Positions 1 through 7,067 of a stretch of DNA of 24,589 nucleotides are shown here, in pieces. The notes under the pieces were generated by a model that worked only from the letters and a program-made list of their open reading frames with translations, was not told the origin of the DNA and did no database searches. The translations under genes and the position numbers were made by a program. Position 1 is the stretch's first letter; every line of letters starts with the position of its first letter. This DNA comes from a virus (lineage: Duplodnaviria > Caudoviricetes): positions 1 to 24,589 of the IMG/VR virus record IMGVR_UViG_3300006169_000163. One strand, given 5' to 3'.

Positions 1-99
1 CTATGACTCAGAACAGCAAGAACCCGCCACCACCTCAGCAACTTGTTCAAGAGCGGCGACCGTCGCCGCCACCCCCACCACCGAAGAAGTGAGACCTTG

Positions 100-555
100 A
101 TGACGACGTTTTACAATCAACTTTGGCAGGATCGTCTCAACGAAAAGAGCAAGATTGAAGACTTCAAGAGTGAAGCAACGGACCTCTTGAACAAGATTTT
201 CGAGGAGTTCCATGAGGAGTGCGGTGTGCCGCATGGTCGATCCTGCTTTCGACCACATGACGAAGAAGACGGGCCGACCACTTGGACGGCTACTGATCAG
301 GTAGAACTTGTCGATCGAGACATGGCAGCGGTGAGATATGTGATGCACGTCGTACCGCCATCGGGCGACGAAGAGAACTTGGTCGAGCTTTCGTCGATCG
401 TGACTTGCCATCGAGTCGAAGGGGGCATGAACGTCTCGATCGATAACGAAGTCGTCGGAACTTTCAGGTTCGGCGACCATCATCATCAAGAGGAGAAGTG
501 TCTTCACAACATGAAGGATTTCTTCCGAAGCAAGATCAAACGAGAGACGTTCTGA
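100..555 (+). CDS. hypothetical protein
   Basis: ORF 43..555; the ATG at 100 is the more plausible start. Codon usage matches the other genes and a terminator follows. Confidence 0.6.
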   Translation: MTTFYNQLWQDRLNEKSKIEDFKSEATDLLNKIFEEFHEECGVPHGRSCFRPHDEEDGPTTWTATDQVELVDRDMAAVRYVMHVVPPSGDEENLVELSSIVTCHRVEGGMNVSIDNEVVGTFRFGDHHHQEEKCLHNMKDFFRSKIKRETF

Positions 556-573
556 CTCGATTGATGCTGCGAT

Positions 574-604
574 GAGCCTCGGTAGTCCCGGGGCTTTCTT
601 TTTG
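574..604 (+). terminator. intrinsic terminator
   Basis: Stem AGCCTCGG/CCGGGGCT followed by TTCTTTTT, just after the stop at 555. Confidence 0.7.
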
Positions 605-612
605 CGCATGGC

Positions 613-618
613 TAAATA
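613..618 (+). promoter_or_regulatory. putative late promoter motif TAAATA (leaderless start at 624)
   Basis: CTAAATA, 5 nt, then ATG with no SD. The same arrangement recurs across the window. Confidence 0.55.
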
Positions 619-623
619 GAACC

Positions 624-941
624 ATGCCGCAACGCATCGGGTACGAACGACAAGTCAACGTCAAAGCCCGCCCGGTCGAGGAACACGATCCCGATCGAGC
701 CGAAGCCAATCGCTTCTATGCCTCGGCACAATGGCGATGGCTTCGTCGTCTGATCTTGAGACGTTCGCCACTTTGCCAATGCAAAGACGAGTGCGGCGGC
801 TTGTCCGAGGAAGTGCATCACGTCATCGATCGACGTGTGTGCCCTGAGAGGGCTTTTGACCCGACCAATTTGATTGCGATGACGAAGGCTTGTCACTCAC
901 GAGAGACTAGGGCTCGGCAGATCGACAAGGGCAAGTCATGA
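624..941 (+). CDS. HNH endonuclease, terminase-associated (HK97 gp74-like)
   Basis: FY.S..WR.LR...L...PLC, EVHHV, NL....KACHSRET motifs; 105 aa; upstream of the packaging genes. Confidence 0.88.
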   Translation: MPQRIGYERQVNVKARPVEEHDPDRAEANRFYASAQWRWLRRLILRRSPLCQCKDECGGLSEEVHHVIDRRVCPERAFDPTNLIAMTKACHSRETRARQIDKGKS

Positions 942-1087
942 CCGACACACTCATCGAGATCAATACTCAACTCGCCGAGTTGATCATCAGGTTTGAGAGC
1001 GCTCTCACCGCTCTCGGTGGTCGCGGTAACGATTCCGACAAAATCGAAAAAAGTTCGTCAAAATCGGGCAGCGTGACGCTTACCTAA
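938..1087 (+). CDS. small hypothetical protein (49 aa)
   Basis: ATGA overlap with the HNH stop; translated by hand as MTDTLIEINTQLAELIIRFESAL...; below the ORF-track cutoff. Confidence 0.35.
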   Translation: MTDTLIEINTQLAELIIRFESALTALGGRGNDSDKIEKSSSKSGSVTLT

Positions 1088-1090
1088 GTC

Positions 1091-1291
1091 ATGCAGCACA
1101 CGGAAGACGATGACGACCTCTTGAGACCGGGCGAAGTCAAAGCCCGTTTCGGGCTCTCGCGGATCACTCTGATCAATTGGGAAGCCACCGGTCTCTTGAC
1201 GGCTCTTTACACGCCCGGGGGACACCGCCGCTATCGTCTCGGCGACCTGAAGCGGCTCGTGAAGCCGCGGAACACGGAGGCAGATGACTAG
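1091..1291 (+). CDS. MerR/excisionase/BldC-type winged-helix DNA-binding protein
   Basis: LLRPGEV..RFGLSRITL.NW...G.L....TPGGHRRY signature. Confidence 0.85.
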   Translation: MQHTEDDDDLLRPGEVKARFGLSRITLINWEATGLLTALYTPGGHRRYRLGDLKRLVKPRNTEADD

Positions 1292-1493
1292 GTACGACTC
1301 AAACCTTTCTGCCGTCGATGCCATGACCAAGGCAGTCGCCTCGGGGGCGCTACCAAAAGACCGAGTCGGCTATTGGCTCGAACTCTCCTCGACCGGGCCA
1401 CGTGTGGCGATGTGGTCCGAGGGACTCACAATTGAGCAAGAGGAGATCTTGAAGGGAATCGTCGAGAAGGCGACCTCAAGAGGAGGCAGATGA
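1284..1493 (+). CDS. hypothetical protein
   Basis: GGAGG SD; start overlaps the upstream gene end. Confidence 0.6.
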   Translation: MTRYDSNLSAVDAMTKAVASGALPKDRVGYWLELSSTGPRVAMWSEGLTIEQEEILKGIVEKATSRGGR

Positions 1494-1756
1494 GTGAGGC
1501 ACGACCTATACCAACAGGGCACCGCACACCGCGGCACTACATCACCCCGGTCTTGTGGCACTCGCCCGGACCATACGGGCAACGGATAGAGATCAACACG
1601 GTCGAGCCGTTACCTGATCGCATCACGAGCCCGATCACCGTGACGTGTCGTGATACAGGCAAGAGGTACAGACTCTATCGGAAGTCATGTGGCTTGCCAC
1701 ATTGCATGTGTGATGCGAGGGCATCACTGATCGAGGAGGAAGATGAGAGACAATAG
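1490..1756 (+). CDS. hypothetical protein with Cys cluster (possible metal binding)
   Basis: GGAGG SD, ATGA overlap, CGLPHCMCD motif. Confidence 0.6.
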   Translation: MSEARPIPTGHRTPRHYITPVLWHSPGPYGQRIEINTVEPLPDRITSPITVTCRDTGKRYRLYRKSCGLPHCMCDARASLIEEEDERQ

Positions 1757-2039
1757 AAGCATCAGGGGCGCCGAGCGATACAACGTCTCACTCCCGGCTG
1801 AGTGGGCCGATCGACTGGCCGAGATCGAAGCCGAGACGGGCGTACCTGCCATCGAACTGATGAGGCAGGCGATCTCGATCGCTTATGACCTACCTGATCC
1901 GGTCATCGCGATCAGGCGACGTGCGACTGAGACGATGGCAAAGGTCGTCGCTCAACGTGAGGCCGTCTTCGCCGCGACCGATGCCGTCGCCGGTTGCCTC
2001 AAGGGTCGCGTGCTGGACCACGCGACGGCGCCGCGGTGA
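1743..2039 (+). CDS. ribbon-helix-helix (CopG/Arc-like) DNA-binding protein
   Basis: RYNVSLP.EW..RL..I..ETG....ELMRQAI fits a beta-alpha-alpha RHH pattern; GGAGGA SD. Confidence 0.6.
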   Translation: MRDNRSIRGAERYNVSLPAEWADRLAEIEAETGVPAIELMRQAISIAYDLPDPVIAIRRRATETMAKVVAQREAVFAATDAVAGCLKGRVLDHATAPR

Positions 2040-2043
2040 ACGC

Positions 2044-2135
2044 AGGAGGGGGAAAGGGGGTCAATTCGCTACCACCCCTTCCTTCCTAGACGCACCCCGC
2101 ATGTGCATTTTTTGGGTGCGAAATTGGCAAGCCGG
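2044..2135. other. cos-like packaging/cleavage region
   Basis: Non-coding G-run GGGGGAAAGGGGGTCAA ... CGCACCCC ... TTTTTT GGGTGCG AAATT with two dyad symmetries. It resembles the cos regions between HNH and terS in HK97/P27-type phages. Confidence 0.45.
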
Positions 2136-2180
2136 GGAGTTCAACGACCCGGGGATTGAAACAACACAACACGGAGGCAG

Positions 2181-2414
2181 ATGAAGCACTTCATCGACAA
2201 GATCAAAAGGTTCTTTAACCACAACACAACGATCGCGGCATTCAGGCTGAAGATGGAACCAAACAACACGCCCGAGACCGCCGTCGCATACGTGAAGGGG
2301 ATGATCGATGCGGAGTGGCCGGCGCATGTCCGAGAGCATCTCACGATCGATGCAACTCAGCCCGACCCGGCGGCAACAGTGTTCGAGGTCACGATCAACA
2401 ACGGAGGCAGATGA
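2181..2414 (+). CDS. hypothetical protein
   Basis: ACGGAGG SD followed by ATG. Confidence 0.6.
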   Translation: MKHFIDKIKRFFNHNTTIAAFRLKMEPNNTPETAVAYVKGMIDAEWPAHVREHLTIDATQPDPAATVFEVTINNGGR

Positions 2415-2569
2415 TCTACCCACAAGATAAAGCCGAGATCCTCGGCTTTGATCGACACACGCACTCGCGCGATGACGGCACCGAGACCCTTCAGCCTGAG
2501 TCGCAGAAGATGAGAGTCGAGTTCCATCGCACACAAGGCGACGTTCATGGCTTGCAAAGCAAGCCATGA
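2411..2569 (+). CDS. small hypothetical protein (52 aa)
   Basis: GGAGG SD and ATGA overlap at 2411; the 3' part of ORF 2315..2569. Confidence 0.5.
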   Translation: MIYPQDKAEILGFDRHTHSRDDGTETLQPESQKMRVEFHRTQGDVHGLQSKP

Positions 2570-2721
2570 ACGTCGCCTTCCCGCCCGGAATGGAAGACGG
2601 ACACGGAGTGATCGAAGAGGTGACGTTCTCTCAGCACGACGAGAGCGGCGTGATCTTCGACATCGAGATCCGATACAAGCCGATCGTCCGAAAGGTCGAG
2701 CCGAGTACGGAGGTCGAGTGA
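2566..2721 (+). CDS. small hypothetical protein (51 aa)
   Basis: ATGA overlap; MNVAFPPGMEDGHGVIEEVTF...; overlaps the next start at GTGA. Confidence 0.45.
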   Translation: MNVAFPPGMEDGHGVIEEVTFSQHDESGVIFDIEIRYKPIVRKVEPSTEVE

Positions 2722-2942
2722 CACCTTGTGGCCGGTTCTACTCTCAGGCATCGATGTCTTTTCCGGACGATCTCACGAAGTCGTCGAACTACTGGACGAT
2801 CCGCTTCGGTCTTCGATGGGCTCTGAGTCGAGTTCTCAATCCGGTGTTCGTTCCGACTCCTGAAGATGTCGAGTACATGGCGATCGAATACAGACCCGAT
2901 GGCGAGATTGAAGAGATACACTTCCGGGCGTTGCGTCCATGA
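2718..2942 (+). CDS. hypothetical protein (74 aa)
   Basis: ACGGAGG SD and GTGA overlap; the 3' part of ORF 2547..2942. Confidence 0.5.
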   Translation: MTPCGRFYSQASMSFPDDLTKSSNYWTIRFGLRWALSRVLNPVFVPTPEDVEYMAIEYRPDGEIEEIHFRALRP

Positions 2943-3019
2943 GCTTTCAAGTATAAAAGCCGAGCGAAACGACGAGCCCGACTCTAACTAATTGAAACAA
3001 CCTAACCCCTAGGAGACCG

Positions 3020-3439
3020 ATGCCCCTTGTGTGCCCTGATCAGGGCGAGTTGCGCCTACTCGACATCATGTTGAAGGCCGCTCTGTCCGCCAACGAAAAC
3101 TACATTTTGAAGCTCTACCGGAACGACTACACGCCAGCGAACACCGCGGCACCGGGTTCGTTCACGGAAGCCAACTTCACCGGTTATGCCGCCCGGACCC
3201 TGACCCGATCGAACTGGAATGCCGCGACGACCGTGAGCGGCAAGGCCGAGTCGAGCTACGGTAGCGCTCCGCAGTCTTGGACTTGTGGCGCCACCGGCAA
3301 CACCGTCTACGGCTACTGGGTCGAAGGATCGACCTCGGCCAAGGTGCTTTGGGGCGAGCGGTTCGCGACGGCTCGCACTTTGGCGAGCGGTGATCAGCTT
3401 AATTTAACGCCGAAGTTTACCCTCTCGTCCGAGAACTGA
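3020..3439 (+). CDS. probable virion structural protein (beta-rich, minor tail/fibre-associated type)
   Basis: AGGAG SD; LKLY.ND.TP...F.EANF.GYA...L....W, TVYGYWV and LASGDQL.LTP motifs typical of small phage structural proteins; TAACTA motif at 2985-2990. Confidence 0.65.
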   Translation: MPLVCPDQGELRLLDIMLKAALSANENYILKLYRNDYTPANTAAPGSFTEANFTGYAARTLTRSNWNAATTVSGKAESSYGSAPQSWTCGATGNTVYGYWVEGSTSAKVLWGERFATARTLASGDQLNLTPKFTLSSEN

Positions 3440-3487
3440 TCGACGTGATCAAAGGAAACTGACGGACCGGATCGTAGGTCTGTCTCG

Positions 3488-3533
3488 AAGCCACGGAATA
3501 GGGCCATGCCTATTCCGTGGCTTTTTCTTTTTT
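3488..3533 (+). terminator. intrinsic terminator
   Basis: 15-bp perfect stem AAGCCACGGAATAGG/CCTATTCCGTGGCTT plus a T-tract. Confidence 0.85.
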
Positions 3534-3579
3534 GCCACCGAACCGACGGAAAATGGAAGTGGCGTGCATAGCTACTTCC

Positions 3580-3987
3580 ATGAACACACACACTTCTAAT
3601 CTCTCTGAGATCATCACCCCGACCTTTGGTCATCTTCTGGTTCGCGTCGAGGCTAAGCCATCTCGACATCGATACTTCGTAGGAGTCGTCGAGAAGACGA
3701 GCCCGAGACATCCTGACTTCGAGGACGAGATACAGGCCGGAGATCGAGTCTTATTCCGATACGTCGAGTGCATCGTTGTGACCGACGATGTCATGATCGT
3801 GCCCGAGACCTCAGTCGTCGGTATTCTCGAAGACGACCACAAGGTCGATGACACCGGCAAGATCGTTCGTGCTCGTCGAGATCTCACTGAACTCTTCGGC
3901 GAGCCCGAGCGATACACCGAGATCGATGCTTCTACGATCGACGATCGAAAGCCAAGGTTCTACAAGCGCACCGAGAGGTCAGCATGA
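3580..3987 (+). CDS. GroES/Cpn10-like co-chaperonin (divergent)
   Basis: ITPTFGHLLVR, GVV, IQAGDRVLF and MIVPETSVVGIL align by eye with GroES motifs (IxPLxDRVxV, GxV, VKVGDxVxF, IMxExDILAI). ATG 3580 chosen because it follows TAGCTA. Confidence 0.65.
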   Translation: MNTHTSNLSEIITPTFGHLLVRVEAKPSRHRYFVGVVEKTSPRHPDFEDEIQAGDRVLFRYVECIVVTDDVMIVPETSVVGILEDDHKVDDTGKIVRARRDLTELFGEPERYTEIDASTIDDRKPRFYKRTERSA

Positions 3988-4217
3988 GCCAAGACCCGCA
4001 GCAACCGTTGCGGGTCTCTGACCACGCGATTGTCAGATACATCGAGCGGGTCATCGGGATCGACACTGATCAGATCAGGGCAGCGATCCTCGGACCTATC
4101 GCCGGGCTCACCGCGAAGGTCGGCGATACAGGACGGTTCCCGGCGGACGGCTTCAAGGTCGTCGTGAACAAGGGAGTCGTCGTCACCGTTATCACAAAAC
4201 AGGAAGACAAAGAATAA
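3984..4217 (+). CDS. hypothetical phage protein (SDHA..RY.ER motif)
   Basis: ATGA overlap; VSDHAIVRYIERV...VVVTV. Confidence 0.7.
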   Translation: MSQDPQQPLRVSDHAIVRYIERVIGIDTDQIRAAILGPIAGLTAKVGDTGRFPADGFKVVVNKGVVVTVITKQEDKE

Positions 4218-4229
4218 CCACGGAGGCAA

Positions 4230-4895
4230 ATGAAGAATGAGGCAGATCCGGGCAGGGTCGAGATTCAACTGACGAACGGGGGCGTGACTTACGTGAGCCC
4301 CGAAGACTTCGAGTTCGTGAGCCAGTTCAGTTGGCATCGAGAAAAGAACAAACACACGTACTATGCGAGAGCCTCGATCGGCGGCAAGCAAATTCGGCTT
4401 CATCGACTGATCGCTCATGCCGAGCCCGGTCAGATGGTGGACCACAAAGACGGCGACGGACTCAACAACACTCGCGAGAACATCCGTGTCGTCACTCACA
4501 CGCAAAATAACTGGAACCGTCGCAAGTTCGGCGAAACAGCGAGTCGGTATCTCGGAGTAGTTCCAAATTACGGTGGCAGCAAAGACCGACCTTGGCTCGT
4601 GCGGTTTTTCCACGAAGGCAAGGCGATCAGATGTGGCACCTATGCGACCGAGATCGAGGCCGCGGAAGCCTACAATAAGTTGATCGTGACGTATCGAGGC
4701 GAATACGCCCGACTGAACGAGATCACGGAGGACAAGTGGCAAGAGGACGAATCCCAAGACCGCGAGTCATCAACGACTTGCGAGGCGATCCGCACAAAAG
4801 ACGAAGACACACAATCGAGCCTGAACCGCCAAAAGGTCGCCCGGTGCCGCCGGATGATCTCAGTGAGGTCGCACTCGAAGAGTGGCGCCGCATAA
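4230..4895 (+). CDS. free-standing HNH-AP2 homing endonuclease
   Basis: HNH: RLHRLI...VDHKDGDGLNNTRENIR..T..QN..N. AP2 domain: SRYLGV...W......G.Y.TEIEAAEAYN......GEYARLN. Confidence 0.92.
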   Translation: MKNEADPGRVEIQLTNGGVTYVSPEDFEFVSQFSWHREKNKHTYYARASIGGKQIRLHRLIAHAEPGQMVDHKDGDGLNNTRENIRVVTHTQNNWNRRKFGETASRYLGVVPNYGGSKDRPWLVRFFHEGKAIRCGTYATEIEAAEAYNKLIVTYRGEYARLNEITEDKWQEDESQDRESSTTCEAIRTKDEDTQSSLNRQKVARCRRMISVRSHSKSGAA

Positions 4896-5194
4896 CTGAT
4901 GACCTCGACTCGATGGGTCTTCTCAGTCGTGCCGATCGAATGGCTCTCGTGTTGTACGTCGAGGCATTCGATCGATACACGCAAATGAAGCGATCAAACC
5001 CGGTTCAGGAATACGCGAACGGCGCCGACAACGTGAGCGGCGCCTATTCAGTAATGAAGGGTGAGAGAGAGATCATGCGACGGCTTCTCGTGGAATTTGG
5101 TTTGACGCGAGCGGCTCGGAGTCGCATGGCACTTCCAAAAGACACGAGCGGCTCACCCGACGTTCTTAGCTTCATCGCGAGGAAGTCAGCGTAA
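4736..5194 (+). CDS. terS: terminase small subunit (P27 family)
   Basis: GTG start with ACGGAGG SD; MARGR.P.P.....LRG.P.KR, P.PP..LS..A..EW.R, EFGLT.A.RSR. Confidence 0.9.
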   Translation: MARGRIPRPRVINDLRGDPHKRRRHTIEPEPPKGRPVPPDDLSEVALEEWRRITDDLDSMGLLSRADRMALVLYVEAFDRYTQMKRSNPVQEYANGADNVSGAYSVMKGEREIMRRLLVEFGLTRAARSRMALPKDTSGSPDVLSFIARKSA

Positions 5195-5235
5195 AACGAT
5201 CGGTGCTCGTTTCAACAAGTTCCCTTGTTCCGATC

Positions 5236-5270
5236 GACTCCGGGGTGTGTTGTCCCGGAGTTTTTCTTTG
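5236..5270 (+). terminator. intrinsic terminator between terS and terL
   Basis: Stem ACTCCGGG/CCCGGAGT followed by TTTTCTTT. Confidence 0.7.
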
Positions 5271-5289
5271 CGCCATGCGTTGATACCTC

Positions 5290-7038
5290 ATGGCAAAGAG
5301 GGTTCCGAAGAAACAAGCAAAGTCGATCGATCTCACATGGTGGATCACAGGCCCGAACGATCAGAAGGCTCTCGATGAAGGATGCTTCATCGACCCGTCT
5401 GAAGGCGAGTTCATCTGTGACTTCATCGAGAAGTTCATCAGATACAGCGGCGGTGATGAAGTCGGACAACCGGTGAAGCTCCTCGAATGGGAGCGCTCAT
5501 TCATCATGCGTCTGTTCTCTTGGCGACGACCGAAGCCCGATGGTCGTTCAGTTCGCCGCTACTCTTCGGCGAGCGTGTGGATATCCAAAAAAAATGGTGT
5601 CTTGCCCCGGTGACTTCGGATGTCACCGGGGCAAGACACCGAACTCGGTAAAACAACACTCCTCGCATGGTTGATCGTCGCGCTACTTGTGGCAGACGGT
5701 GAACCACGATGTGAAGTCTATTCGGTCGCGAACTCGACGAAGCAAGCCAAGAAGATCCTCGAAGAGATCGGTCGAGTGATCAAGGCAAGCCCTGAACTCT
5801 CATCGATCCTCGAAGTTATTCCGTCCGCCGGTCGCGTGATCTTCTCGGCGACGAACAGCTACTTCGAGGTCTTGCCGAGTCGTCCATCTTCCGTCGAGGG
5901 CGTGGACGGGCACGCGGTAATTTTCGACGAGCTTCACAAACAACGCGATTCGGAATTGTGGGCGGCTCTTGAATGGGCCGGGTCGGCGCGAAGGCAACCT
6001 CTTTGCCCGGTGAGCATATCGACCGCTGGTGTACTCGATCCGACGGCGATCTCATGGCAGGTTTACCAGAGGGCGAAGGCGATCATCTCGGGTGCTCTTG
6101 AGAACACGGACACCCTCGCGATCGTGTATGAGATCGAGCCCGAGGATGAGTGGCGAACGACTCTTGCCGATGGCTCACCGAACCCGAAGGCCGAGGCAGT
6201 ATGGCGAAAAGCGAACCCGTCTCTCGGCTACACGATCGACCTCGACAAGTTCCGTCGTGAGGTCGAGAAGGCCGAGAAGGATACACCTTCAGCACAAGCC
6301 GACTTCGCTCGATACAGGTTCGGGGTCTGGTGTGGATCTTCCGACCCTTGGATCTCTGACACGGACTGGATGGCTTGTGCCGGTGAGCCGCTCAAGCCCG
6401 AGATCGCCAGCACACTCGAATGGTACGGCGGTCTCGACCTAAGCTCGACGACCGACGTGACCGCTCTTGTGTTGACGACGAAGTATGAGGGCACGACCTA
6501 CGTCGTGCCGTTCTTCTGGGTCTCCGAGGAACAAGCCAAGCTCCGGAGTCACCGAGACAAGGTGAACTATCTGAACTGGGTGAAGAGCGGCGACATCCGC
6601 GAGACCGAGGGCGCCGGTATCGACTACAGCAAGATCCGGAAGGATATCGTCGAAGACATCGGCCAGAAGTTCCCGATCGTGAAGCTCGGCATGGACCGAT
6701 GGAACGCGACTCAACTTGCTCAGCAACTCGCCGACGACGGACTGAACGTCGTGTGGCGGGGTCAAGGGTACAAGGATATGGACCCGCCGACGAAAGAGAT
6801 CGAGCGACTGATCGTGGCCAAGGAACTCTGTCACGGTGGTCCGGGGTCGCCGGTGCTTCGCTGGATGGTTGGCAACGTGATGATCCAACGCGACGACGCC
6901 GGAAATATCAAAGTCTCGAAGAAACGGTCACGAGAAAAAGTGGACGGTGTCGTCGCTCTCTGTATGTCGATCGGGGCTTCGATGATCGCCGAGGCCGCTC
7001 CGTCGATGTATGAGTCGGAAGGTGTGTTCGTCGTCTAA
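5290..7038 (+). CDS. terL: terminase large subunit, interrupted by a 51-nt coding gap (joined 5290-5598 + 5650-7038, 565 aa)
   Basis: The N-part has L.EW....I..LF.W and RRY....VWISKKNG. The C-part has KTTL, Walker B IFDELH, ISTAG, W.KANPSLG, GLDLSSTTD and K.DGVVA. Both parts are in the same frame, separated by a TGA at 5611. Confidence 0.9.
5596..5649 (+). other. putative translational bypass element (GGT take-off, hairpin with stop, GGT landing)
   Basis: GGT 5596-5598 and GGT 5647-5649; perfect 19-bp inverted repeat 5596-5614/5622-5640; loop TTCGGAT; in-frame TGA 5611-5613. Confidence 0.65.
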
Positions 7039-7067
7039 GAACGTCGAGTCGCCGTGCTACATAACGC

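Noticed and set aside
1091-1291. IS607 transposase fragment
   Set aside because: Only the MerR-like HTH is present, with no serine recombinase domain, TnpB or element ends.
1271-2414. CRISPR array or att sites from the GGAGGCAGATGA repeats
   Set aside because: The repeats are short, irregularly spaced and coincide with ribosome-binding sites; no cas or integrase gene is present.
3440-3487. Hammerhead-like GAAA/CTGA sequence before the terminator
   Set aside because: It reads CTGACGG rather than CUGANGA and the helix order does not fit; it is a simple hairpin.
5611-5640. Selenocysteine or stop readthrough at the terL TGA
   Set aside because: Readthrough would leave 17 extra residues inside the P-loop. 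The TGA is in the 5' arm of the stem rather than upstream of a SECIS-like hairpin, and no Cys is expected at this position.
5596-5649. Group I/II intron, intein or MITE as the explanation of the insert
   Set aside because: 51 nt is far too short for a ribozyme core. None of the four possible registers gives U|...G (group I) or GUGYG...AY (group II) ends. There are no intein motifs and there is a stop codon. The inverted repeat is not terminal to the insert.
5608-5651. Hop from the CGG just before the stop to a matching CGG
   Set aside because: CGG 5646-5648 is followed by TAA, CGG 5627-5629 is out of frame, and CGG 5617 leaves the P-loop interrupted. Only GGT-to-GGT restores the motif.
5620-7038. 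TerL starting at ATG 5620 as an independent gene
   Set aside because: The ATG is inside the hairpin with no SD, and the product would lack the adenine-binding region and the strand leading into Walker A.
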